From assembly GCA_016872155.1 (NCBI GenBank), contig VHBB01000001.1:153007-217006 (forward strand): a DNA stretch of 64,000 bases, given 5' to 3'. This stretch comes from Sphingomonadales bacterium (GTDB lineage: Bacteria; Bacteroidota; Bacteroidia; Chitinophagales; Chitinophagaceae). The position numbers and the translations under genes are program-made. Of this stretch, positions 20,079 through 28,353 are shown piece by piece (position 1 is the stretch's first letter; each line of letters starts with the position of its first letter). The notes beneath the pieces were generated by a model. That model saw only the letters and a list, made by a program, of their open reading frames with translations, ran no database searches and was not told where the DNA came from.

Positions 20079-20519
20079 TCAACTAAGATTATTGTAAACG
20101 ACTTGTAATACCAGCTTACATACCTCTACTTTGTCGGCCGGCACCGATTGCAACGCTTCGTTGAGTGTTTGATCGGCCAGCTTCATGGTCTGGTCTTGCA
20201 ATTGCTGACCCTCCTTGGTCAAATAAATTAAATTGATACGCCGATCGGTAGCGGCCGCTACGCGCTTCACCAATTGGGCCCGCTCCAGGTTATCTACCAA
20301 GCGGGTAATGCTGGGTTTGTCCCTAAAGCTGGCTTTGCAGAGGTCTTGTTGGCTAATGCCGTCTTTTTTCCAAAGATGATACAATACACTCCACTGCTCG
20401 ATGGTCACGGACAAGTTTTGTGCATTGAACTTTTTTTGTAGTCTTCTCGCAATGGCCGTCGATGCCAGCCCCGTGATAAAACTGTAGAGTTCGCCTTTTT
20501 TAAATTGGTTGTTTGGCAT
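20079..20519 (-). CDS. MarR family transcriptional regulator
   Basis: 146 aa winged-HTH protein (ISQQDLCKASFRDKPSITRLVDNLERAQLVKR). It lies directly upstream of the ACAD gene. Confidence 0.8.
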   Translation of the reverse strand: MPNNQFKKGELYSFITGLASTAIARRLQKKFNAQNLSVTIEQWSVLYHLWKKDGISQQDLCKASFRDKPSITRLVDNLERAQLVKRVAAATDRRINLIYLTKEGQQLQDQTMKLADQTLNEALQSVPADKVEVCKLVLQVVYNNLS

Positions 20520-20539
20520 ATAGTTGTTTAAGCAACTAT
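20520..20539. promoter_or_regulatory. inverted repeat ATAGTTG-N6-CAACTAT, candidate MarR operator
   Basis: Perfect 7-bp arms that exactly fill the space between the marR -7 box and its ATG. Confidence 0.35.
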
Positions 20540-20547
20540 CAAATCTA
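20540..20547 (-). promoter_or_regulatory. -7 promoter box TAGATTTG for marR-ACAD
   Basis: Exact TAnnTTTG, 20 nt upstream of ATG 20519. Confidence 0.4.
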
Positions 20548-20604
20548 CAATTATTTTTTTACCGGCCCGATGAGCGGCCGTTAAAAAACTGTTCTTTTTT
20601 TTGA

Positions 20605-21786
20605 ATGCGCGGCCAATGCCTAGTTTTGTTCGGCATGCTAGCCCTAACTGCCCTTTTTCTGCTGCTCTCGCTGGTTTACGGAGGTTGGATACGCGCCTTT
20701 TTAAGGGATTGGCAGGCGCTCTCGCTACCCAAAGCGCTTAAGGACTTCAACAAATCAGCCCAGACCGCTCTTGACCCCATTACCCTTCCGCGGGTGTCAG
20801 TGCTGGTTCCCGCCCGCAACGAAGAGGACAATATCGGGGCGCTGTTAACCGCCTTACAAGTACAACACTACCCGGCCGATCGACTCGAGATCATCGTTAT
20901 CGATGATCACTCCGAAGACCAAACCGCAGCTATCGTTAAAGAGTTCAAAGAAATTACACTGCTCCGTCTCGACGTGGCGGGCATTAATTCGTACAAGAAA
21001 AAAGCACTGGAAGAAGGAGTCGCTAAGGCCTCGGGCGAACTGATCGTTTGTACCGACGCCGACTGTATACCCGGACCCCATTGGATCGAACAACTGGTTG
21101 CCTGCTACCGCTCTACAGGAGCAAAATTTATTGCCGCACCCGTCGCGTTAACGTACCAACAAAACGGGTTAGGCTATCTACAAGCGCTCGATTTTATGGT
21201 GCTGCAAGGCATTACCGGAGCGGGATTATTTAGTGGAAAGCTACTAATGGCCAATGGCGCCAACCTGGCTTACCCTAAAGCGGTATTTAACGAGGTAAAC
21301 GGTTACGCGGGTACCGACCACATTGCTTCGGGTGATGACTTTTTTTTGTTGCATAAAATTGCGGATCGTTATCCAAATCAAATCGCTTATCTCAAATCGA
21401 AAGAAGCCCTCGTAACCACAGCCGCACAACCCACTTGGAGTACCTTTTTACAGCAACGAATTCGCTGGGCCAGTAAGTCTACCCATTATAAAAAGGGAAG
21501 GCTACAACAGGTCTTATCGCTGGTCTGGAGCTACAATTTGCTGCTGCTCTTACTAGCAATAGGTGGAATTTTTGATAGTCATTCACTACTTATTTTCATA
21601 GGAGGATGGATGATGAAGACTATGGTAGAATGGTCTTTTGTAAGCGAAGTGGCCGGCTTCTTTGGTCAAAAAGCCTTACTCAAAAAGTTTTTTTGGTTGC
21701 AACCCCTGCATATGGTCTATACGGTAGTAGCGGGTGCACTTGGACTTAGCGGAAATTACAGATGGAAAGGCAGGACCATACGCTAA
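20605..21786 (+). CDS. membrane-embedded glycosyltransferase family 2 (processive-type, QxxRW)
   Basis: 393 aa. N-terminal TM helix, GT-A core (VSVLVPARNEE, TDADC), QQRIRW motif and C-terminal TM helices. Confidence 0.75.
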   Translation: MRGQCLVLFGMLALTALFLLLSLVYGGWIRAFLRDWQALSLPKALKDFNKSAQTALDPITLPRVSVLVPARNEEDNIGALLTALQVQHYPADRLEIIVIDDHSEDQTAAIVKEFKEITLLRLDVAGINSYKKKALEEGVAKASGELIVCTDADCIPGPHWIEQLVACYRSTGAKFIAAPVALTYQQNGLGYLQALDFMVLQGITGAGLFSGKLLMANGANLAYPKAVFNEVNGYAGTDHIASGDDFFLLHKIADRYPNQIAYLKSKEALVTTAAQPTWSTFLQQRIRWASKSTHYKKGRLQQVLSLVWSYNLLLLLLAIGGIFDSHSLLIFIGGWMMKTMVEWSFVSEVAGFFGQKALLKKFFWLQPLHMVYTVVAGALGLSGNYRWKGRTIR

Positions 21787-21804
21787 AGAGTAGCGTATTA
21801 AACA

Positions 21805-22779
21805 ATGAAATTTGATAGATTTGCGCTGATGAATTTTTCTGTCATGCGCTTTAGTTTATTGGTCGCACTTTTTGCTATGATGGCTGGCCCATTACCTGTG
21901 GCTGCACAAGATGCCGTTATTCGTCGTTTGCAAACCGAGTCGCTTCGCCCCGTAAAGAAATATGTTCCTGACTCCTTGATCAAAAAATGGAAGTCGGGCG
22001 GCAACTACACCCTTACCATCGGGCAAGGCAGTCTCAGTAACTGGGCGGCCGGAGGCGATCAGTTCTCCTTTACCGTCAATATCATTTTACAGCTCTATTC
22101 TTATTATAGAAAAGATCGTAATAGCTGGGACAATACGCTCGATATCTTCTTTGGTTATATCAATACCACCTCGTTAGGCAGTCGCAAAAACGATGACAGG
22201 TTCGATCTGATCTCCAAATACGGATACTCGCTCAATAAGAAACTGAATCTGGCCACGCTTTTCAATATTCGTTCGCAGTTCGTTCGCGGATATACCTATC
22301 CCAACAATGTCAAAAGATTCGCGTCGACGTTTATGTCGCCGGGATATGTCATCTTTAGCCAGGGGCTGGATGTGAAACCTAAAAAAAATCTATCGATATT
22401 CTTTTCGCCCCTCACCGCCCGTTGGGTCATTGTAACCGATCCCGAACTGTCGCGTCGTGGCGAATACGGGGTCAAGCCCGGCACCAACAGCATCAGTCAA
22501 CTGGGCGCATTTGGCACGTTAACCTACGAGAAGAACTTTACCAAGACTTTCTTGTATAAAACAAGGGTCGATCTATTTACGAATTACAAGACCAAACCAA
22601 AGAACATCGATGTTTTCGTAACGAATGTGTTAACCGCAAAGTTTGGAAAAACCCTAGCACTAAACTGGAATCTTGATTGGATCTATGATGATGATGTTCG
22701 CTTGTTTGGCCCGAGCAAAAAATCACCGGGGCTTCAACTCAAATCGATCGTCGGTGTCGGTTTGCAGGTAAAATTTTAA
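21805..22779 (+). CDS. DUF3078-like outer-membrane beta-barrel protein
   Basis: 324 aa with a signal peptide. The WKSGGNYTLTIGQGSLSNWAAGG motif matches my recollection of DUF3078. Confidence 0.6.
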   Translation: MKFDRFALMNFSVMRFSLLVALFAMMAGPLPVAAQDAVIRRLQTESLRPVKKYVPDSLIKKWKSGGNYTLTIGQGSLSNWAAGGDQFSFTVNIILQLYSYYRKDRNSWDNTLDIFFGYINTTSLGSRKNDDRFDLISKYGYSLNKKLNLATLFNIRSQFVRGYTYPNNVKRFASTFMSPGYVIFSQGLDVKPKKNLSIFFSPLTARWVIVTDPELSRRGEYGVKPGTNSISQLGAFGTLTYEKNFTKTFLYKTRVDLFTNYKTKPKNIDVFVTNVLTAKFGKTLALNWNLDWIYDDDVRLFGPSKKSPGLQLKSIVGVGLQVKF

Positions 22780-22781
22780 CC

Positions 22782-23489
22782 ATGGGTCAAAAGAAGCTTG
22801 TTCGATTTGCGGCGATCAAAGAATTTAAAAATGTGCTGGAATTTCCGTCGAACATGCCCGGTCGCTGGGGTCACTTCTTCGAAAAGGCACAACCGCTGAC
22901 CCTAGAGTTGGCCTGCGGCAAAGGAGAGTACACCTTGGGGCTAGCAAGGCTACACCCCCATCAAAATTTTTTGGGCGTTGACCTTAAGGGAAACCGCATC
23001 TGGGTGGGTGCCAACAAAGCCCTCGAAGAGGGTTTAAGCAATGCTGGTTTTTTAAGAACTCAAATTGAACAGATTGCTGATTATTTTGCCCCCGAAGAGG
23101 TACAATCCATCTGGATCACCTTTCCCGACCCGCAGCTACGATATTCCAAAGCCAAAAAAAGATTAACGCATCCTATATTCCTTAGAAAGTATCAACAAAT
23201 ACTGGCTTCCGGGGGTTATATACATGTAAAGACCGATAGCCCCGATCTTTACCGCTTTACACTGTTGGTGATCGAACTCTACGGATGCGTCTTACACCGG
23301 GTCAGTGATAATGTGTATGGTGAATCGGAGGTAGAAGATGAATTGCAAATAAAAACACATTACGAATCACTCGATATTGCCGGCAGTAAAAAAATTCACT
23401 ATATCTGTTTTTCGTTACCCGCGCGATTAGCCATAGAAACTGACCAGGTGCTCAAAGAAAAATTAAAGGAAGATGAAGGGATTGACTGA
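22782..23489 (+). CDS. trmB: tRNA (guanine-N7)-methyltransferase
   Basis: 235 aa with SAM motif LELACGKGEYT and the WITFPDPQ motif. Confidence 0.9.
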   Translation: MGQKKLVRFAAIKEFKNVLEFPSNMPGRWGHFFEKAQPLTLELACGKGEYTLGLARLHPHQNFLGVDLKGNRIWVGANKALEEGLSNAGFLRTQIEQIADYFAPEEVQSIWITFPDPQLRYSKAKKRLTHPIFLRKYQQILASGGYIHVKTDSPDLYRFTLLVIELYGCVLHRVSDNVYGESEVEDELQIKTHYESLDIAGSKKIHYICFSLPARLAIETDQVLKEKLKEDEGID

Positions 23490-23676
23490 AGGAAAGCATT
23501 TTTACTATAACGCAGAAGGGCTGGTCGTACTGACCGAAGCGTATCATCTTGAAAAAGGATACTGTTGTGGCAATGGCTGCAAGCATTGTCCGTACGAATT
23601 CGAAAGCGTACCCGAGCCTCGTCGCAGCCAATTGCTAAAAGAGAAAACAAGTACCGCCACCATCACACGATCTTAA
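23473..23676 (+). CDS. DUF5522-like small Cys-rich protein
   Basis: 67 aa with a GYCCGNGCKHCPY cluster. The start overlaps the last 17 nt of trmB. Confidence 0.55.
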   Translation: MKGLTEGKHFYYNAEGLVVLTEAYHLEKGYCCGNGCKHCPYEFESVPEPRRSQLLKEKTSTATITRS

Positions 23677-23691
23677 ACAGCGTACTATAAA

Positions 23692-24075
23692 ATGGCCAGC
23701 TCGAAACGTCGTACAGAAAATCTTCGTGCTGTTTTGCCTTCGGGCAAACAAGAATCAGATTTCTTTCAGCAAGTCTGGGCCCTCGTCCGCCTGATACCCC
23801 GCGGACGCGTTACCTCTTATGGTGCCATTGCAGCTTGTTTAGGTGCAAAGTCTGGAGCTCGCATGGTAGGATGGGCCATGAATAGCAGTCACGGGGCCTC
23901 TCCAAAGGTGCCTGCCCACCGCGTTGTTAACCGGTTGGGGTTACTCTCTGGTAAAAATCATTTTCCGACACCTACCGCCATGCAAGAACAGCTAGAGAAA
24001 GAAGGTGTCAAGATCAAAGACGACCAGGTAGTAGAATTTAAAAAACTATTTTGGGACCCGATCAAAGAATGTTGA
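23692..24075 (+). CDS. alkyltransferase-like protein (MGMT DNA-binding domain, active-site Cys replaced by Ala)
   Basis: 127 aa with RGRVTSYGAIA and VPAHRVV. The second motif occupies the position of the MGMT PCHRV motif, with Ala in place of Cys. Confidence 0.7.
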   Translation: MASSKRRTENLRAVLPSGKQESDFFQQVWALVRLIPRGRVTSYGAIAACLGAKSGARMVGWAMNSSHGASPKVPAHRVVNRLGLLSGKNHFPTPTAMQEQLEKEGVKIKDDQVVEFKKLFWDPIKEC

Positions 24076-24080
24076 GTCGA

Positions 24081-24623
24081 TCAGCTATAATAGGGGCTGA
24101 TCATCCAATAAACGACTACGCCGGTTACCGCTACATAGAGCCATATAGGCCAGGTGATCTTAGCTAATTTCTTATGGGCCGGCCATTCACTGATCAACGC
24201 ACGATAGGCTGTAAAAAGAATAAACGGAAGAATAAGTCCGGCCAATGGTATGTGAGTGAATAAGATCACATAGTATAAAGTGCGCATAGTACCCTCTCCG
24301 CCAAACGATGTTTCTCCCGCCAGCAAATGATGGGCAATATAGCTTACTAAAAAAAGAATGGACAAGACCATTGCTGCCAACATCATATTCTTATGGGCTA
24401 CATAGCGTCCGGTCTTTACGGCCCATAGCGCCCCTATTAACAAGAGCGCTACCAGCGAATTGATAATAGAATTCGCTAGTGCAAAAACATGCACATCAAA
24501 GCCAAGGTCTACGTTGAGTTTAACGCGCCCCAGTACCACCACTGCGGTAAATACAATAAAAGAGAAAAGCCATATAAGGCGACTGGCGAGTTTATCATTT
24601 TTGGTGAGTACGGGAGGCAGCAT
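24081..24623 (-). CDS. DUF420 (CtaM-like) membrane protein
   Basis: About 180 aa from ATG 24623 (MLPPVLTKND...), 4-5 TM helices, last gene of the oxidase cluster. The track start at 24722 would overlap the SCO gene. Confidence 0.75.
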   Translation of the reverse strand: MLPPVLTKNDKLASRLIWLFSFIVFTAVVVLGRVKLNVDLGFDVHVFALANSIINSLVALLLIGALWAVKTGRYVAHKNMMLAAMVLSILFLVSYIAHHLLAGETSFGGEGTMRTLYYVILFTHIPLAGLILPFILFTAYRALISEWPAHKKLAKITWPIWLYVAVTGVVVYWMISPYYS

Positions 24624-24633
24624 ACGTTGCAAT

Positions 24634-25428
24634 TTATTTTTTACGAAGAAAAAAAAGTAATAAAAATACGCCGACAATGGCCAGTAAGAACGAAACGGCC
24701 ATAATGACCAACTTACCCTCAAAGAAGCTTCGGGCCTTGGGGTTCTTCTCCATGGTCAGCAAGATCAGGTCTTGCTGTAATCTCGACAAGTCGTCTGGAT
24801 CGAGTCCGTCGTAATAGCCCCTTACCTGTCGATTCACATCGATCAGCACGAACTTATCGCTATGCACGAAATTGGTATCGACCGATTCGCCATCAATAAG
24901 CCCGAGCTTCATTTCGTTGATCGCCATATCGTAGATGGCTTTCTTATTACCGGTCAGCAACCACCACGTGTCGGGATTGATCTGAAAACGCTGGGCCCAG
25001 TAACGAAGACGATCGAGCGTATCGCGCTCCGGATCGATACTAAAAGAGAGAAAGTGAACTTTTTTATTGGTGCGGTCACCCACCCTGCTGCCATTGTGCA
25101 AGGTCTCGGCTACCCGCTTCATGTTCTGGGTCATCGAAGGGCAGATCGTGGGGCAGCGAGTAAAGAAAAAATCGGCTACAACAATTTTTCCTTCGAGACT
25201 ATCCCACGAAACCGTCTTTCCTTCTTGGTTTTGCAGAGAAAAGTTGGCTAGTTGATGCCAAACGGTATCCGATACGCGCTTCCCTCTTTTGGTAATAGTT
25301 TGTATCGAATCAGGAAAATAATGGCGAGGCAGCAGCAGCGCATCGTGGCTTTTGACATCCACAATAAAATAAGCGATCAGCGGAATGATCAGCGCCAGTA
25401 ATAGGGCATATAGGGCGGTCTTGTTCAA
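24634..25428 (-). CDS. SCO1/SenC family copper chaperone
   Basis: 264 aa with a TTG start. N-terminal TM helix, thioredoxin fold with CPTIC (CxxxC) and the downstream His (FVHSDKF). Confidence 0.85.
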   Translation of the reverse strand: MNKTALYALLLALIIPLIAYFIVDVKSHDALLLPRHYFPDSIQTITKRGKRVSDTVWHQLANFSLQNQEGKTVSWDSLEGKIVVADFFFTRCPTICPSMTQNMKRVAETLHNGSRVGDRTNKKVHFLSFSIDPERDTLDRLRYWAQRFQINPDTWWLLTGNKKAIYDMAINEMKLGLIDGESVDTNFVHSDKFVLIDVNRQVRGYYDGLDPDDLSRLQQDLILLTMEKNPKARSFFEGKLVIMAVSFLLAIVGVFLLLFFLRKK

Positions 25429-25443
25429 AGCAGATTAGGGCTA

Positions 25444-25866
25444 TTAATGTCCCCCGTTGTGCTTGGCCGGCAGAGTCGACTCCTTATAATGCTTATCGTA
25501 GGTATTGCGAAGATTCTTGTACGAATTGCCATCCCAGATAAAGGCGCCGATAAACCAGATAAAGAGCAACAAAGGAACCACGATGGTCATGATCATATTG
25601 CGGATCTCATCGCCCAAGTGCATAAAGACAGATACGATATAATAAGCTTTGGCCAGCGTTAAAATACAAACCATGCCCTTGAACATCAGTACCAGCAATT
25701 CATTGGGAGAATCGCCCTTGTGCATGGTATAGATAATAAGACCGATGGCTAATTCGATAATCGTGATGATCGAAAGCAGTATCGTCGTATTCCTGACTTT
25801 TTTCTTGAACGTAGCATCATCGGTATGATGCTGAAAAGTTACTTCTTCGAAAGCGGGATGTTGCAT
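25444..25866 (-). CDS. cytochrome c oxidase subunit IV family membrane protein
   Basis: 140 aa with 3-4 TM helices, positioned immediately after the subunit III genes. Confidence 0.6.
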   Translation of the reverse strand: MQHPAFEEVTFQHHTDDATFKKKVRNTTILLSIITIIELAIGLIIYTMHKGDSPNELLVLMFKGMVCILTLAKAYYIVSVFMHLGDEIRNMIMTIVVPLLLFIWFIGAFIWDGNSYKNLRNTYDKHYKESTLPAKHNGGH

Positions 25867-25899
25867 AGTATAATAGTTTCTTGGTTCGTGATTTAATAG

Positions 25900-26778
25900 T
25901 TAGATCAGATAGAAGCAAAGGAATACGAATACCCATACCAGGTCTACGAAGTGCCAGTATAAACCGGCCTTTTCGATCATCAGGTAATGGCCTCTGCGCT
26001 CAAATACCCCTTTTTGTGTCATCAGCAGCATCACGATATTGATGATAACGCCCGAAAAAACGTGAAAGCCGTGAAACCCGGTAATACCGAAGAAATAGCC
26101 ACCAAAGGCAACGGGCCCTTTCTCGCGCACATGCAGCTCGGCCACTTGAATCGATTTTAAAAGTTGATCGTGAGAGAGCGCGCTATGATCGGTTGCGGCA
26201 GCAGCCCCACTAGAATGACCCATTTGCGAAAGTTGCAGCAAGGTTTCGTGCGAGGTATTTTGCAGAGCGGCCATTACTTGCTCTTCGGGAACCAGCCGTC
26301 CCCAGGGATTGCCACGCATACTTTGACCAATAATATCGAGTTTGCCATCGGCCAGCACTACGTGCTCGCCTGTAATCAGGTGATGCCACTCCCAGGCCTG
26401 ACAGCCCAAGAACGCAGCGCCCCCAATGATGGTCCAGATCAACCACTTGACCACTCCCTTTTTATCGTTATTGTGTCCGGCATGTACGGCCAGCACCATC
26501 GTTACAGAAGAGATGATCAGCACAAAGGTCATGACACTCACAAAGGCAAGCGGAAGATTGGCATGTCCGGCGCCAGGAAACGCATTAAAGACCACGTTGG
26601 GATCGGGCCAGAAATTTTGACTAAAGCGAATGGTGCCATACGAAATTAGAAAAGCCCCGAATGTAAAGGCGTCACTCATTAAGAAATACCACATCATGAG
26701 TTTGCCGTACTCCATATTAAAGGGACTCTTACCGCCGGTCCACCATTTGGTCTGCTGAAGGGTTGCCGATGTAGCCAT
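25900..26778 (-). CDS. ctaE: cytochrome c oxidase subunit III (with long internal hydrophilic insertion)
   Basis: 292 aa with GITGFHGFHVFSGV and LYWHFVDLVWVF signatures. An approximately 88-residue hydrophilic stretch (residues about 137-224) lies between helices. Confidence 0.85.
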   Translation of the reverse strand: MATSATLQQTKWWTGGKSPFNMEYGKLMMWYFLMSDAFTFGAFLISYGTIRFSQNFWPDPNVVFNAFPGAGHANLPLAFVSVMTFVLIISSVTMVLAVHAGHNNDKKGVVKWLIWTIIGGAAFLGCQAWEWHHLITGEHVVLADGKLDIIGQSMRGNPWGRLVPEEQVMAALQNTSHETLLQLSQMGHSSGAAAATDHSALSHDQLLKSIQVAELHVREKGPVAFGGYFFGITGFHGFHVFSGVIINIVMLLMTQKGVFERRGHYLMIEKAGLYWHFVDLVWVFVFLCFYLI

Positions 26779-26813
26779 ACGTTATTGTTTCTTTTCGTTA
26801 GTGTTGGTTAGGT

Positions 26814-27377
26814 TCAATTTCCGCCGATCAGCAAAAAGAAAAGCAATAGGTAGATCCATAACAGATCTACAAAGTGCCAGTAGGTTGCTGCGATCTCAAC
26901 AGGAATAGAACTATATATTTTAATTCGTCCAAAAAAAGCTTTTGCCAGCAGTACACTCAACACCACAACACCCCCTATTACGTGCAGGGCATGCAATCCA
27001 AAGATCACATACAGAAATTGTCCGGCGCCTGATCCGCGGAAAGTGATCTGCTGCGCCCATAAGGCCATAAACCCGTTCCACTGAAATGCCACAAATAAGA
27101 TACCGAGCACTAACGTAACGCCCATCCACAACCGGTAGCGGGCCATCTCGCGTTCGCGAAAACTACGCAGCGCCAGATAGACAGTACCACTGCTGAGCAC
27201 AATGGCGACGGTAGATAACCAAAATACCGAAGGCAGCGTTACCGATTTCCATCCCACCTGGTTACTCTTGACAATAAATGCACTGGTAAGCCCGGCAAAC
27301 ATCATGATCAGACTGCCCATGGCTACCCACAAGGTAAACTTGTGCGGATGCATTTTTGTAGTGGTCGTAGCGTTCAC
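26814..27377 (-). CDS. heme-copper oxidase subunit III family protein (second paralogue)
   Basis: 187 aa with 5 TM helices, FGLHALHVIGGV and TYWHFVDLLWIY. GTG start per the track; an alternative ATG is at 27353. Confidence 0.8.
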   Translation of the reverse strand: MNATTTTKMHPHKFTLWVAMGSLIMMFAGLTSAFIVKSNQVGWKSVTLPSVFWLSTVAIVLSSGTVYLALRSFREREMARYRLWMGVTLVLGILFVAFQWNGFMALWAQQITFRGSGAGQFLYVIFGLHALHVIGGVVVLSVLLAKAFFGRIKIYSSIPVEIAATYWHFVDLLWIYLLLFFLLIGGN

Positions 27378-27397
27378 GTTACTAACGAATATCTTTT

Positions 27398-28279
27398 TTA
27401 GGCTGTCGTTGCCTTGCTCAATAACAGAGCAAACAAGATCAGCGGTAAATACAAATAACTTCCAAACATCACCCGGCGGGCCGCCTTAACCTCCATCGTG
27501 CGATACAAATTGATGCATCGCCCGATCATAAACACATTGGCCATGATCACCATGCCTATTGCGATCAACCCTTGCAGCGAATCGGTCGTTGACATCCCGG
27601 TAAAAAAGGGAAGCAACGTTACCGGTACCAAGAGCAGCGAGTACGCAATGGTCTGGATCGCCGTAAACTGCGTGGGCCCCTCTCGGGAAGGTAGTAAGCG
27701 AAATCCCACCGCGGAGTAATCTTGATGTGCCACCCAGGCAATGGCCCAAAAATGCGGGAACTGCCAAAAGAACTGAAAAGCAAACAAGATCCATCCGCCG
27801 AGCGAAAATTCATCTTGCCCGGCTACCCATCCGATCAAACAAGGCAAGGCCCCCGGCACGGCGCCCATCAGTACCGCGATCGAGTTGACTTTTTTTAGCG
27901 GTGTGTAAATGAACGCATAGAGAAACAAACTAAAAGTGGCCAATAAGGCTGCACTCCAGTTAAACCAGTTTCCCAGTATCCAAATACCCACAGCACCGCT
28001 CAGGATAGCAAAGATCCATCCTTGTAGCGGCGTCAGTCGTCCCGAAGCGATCGGCCGGCTGGCCGTACGTTTCATCTGTGCATCCGTGTCACGTTCTACC
28101 ACCTGGTTAATCGCATTGGCACTTCCGGTCACCAACATCCCACCTGCAAAGAGCAAGAGTATCATCAGCCAGTCATATTCGACCACCTTGGGTGCCAGCA
28201 GGTAACTGATTACACTGCTAAACACCACCATGATACTCAGCGAAGGCTTCATCAACTGTATGTAATCCCTGCTCTTCAT
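27398..28279 (-). CDS. ctaB: protoheme IX farnesyltransferase (heme O synthase)
   Basis: 293 aa UbiA-fold protein with NQVVERDTDAQMKRTASRP (NxxxDxxxD-type motif). Confidence 0.9.
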   Translation of the reverse strand: MKSRDYIQLMKPSLSIMVVFSSVISYLLAPKVVEYDWLMILLLFAGGMLVTGSANAINQVVERDTDAQMKRTASRPIASGRLTPLQGWIFAILSGAVGIWILGNWFNWSAALLATFSLFLYAFIYTPLKKVNSIAVLMGAVPGALPCLIGWVAGQDEFSLGGWILFAFQFFWQFPHFWAIAWVAHQDYSAVGFRLLPSREGPTQFTAIQTIAYSLLLVPVTLLPFFTGMSTTDSLQGLIAIGMVIMANVFMIGRCINLYRTMEVKAARRVMFGSYLYLPLILFALLLSKATTA

Positions 28280-28353
28280 GAATCCTTCGCCATTTTTTCA
28301 AATACACTATCTAATCAACATCATGCGGGATTGCTTAACACAACCCGTTTGCA

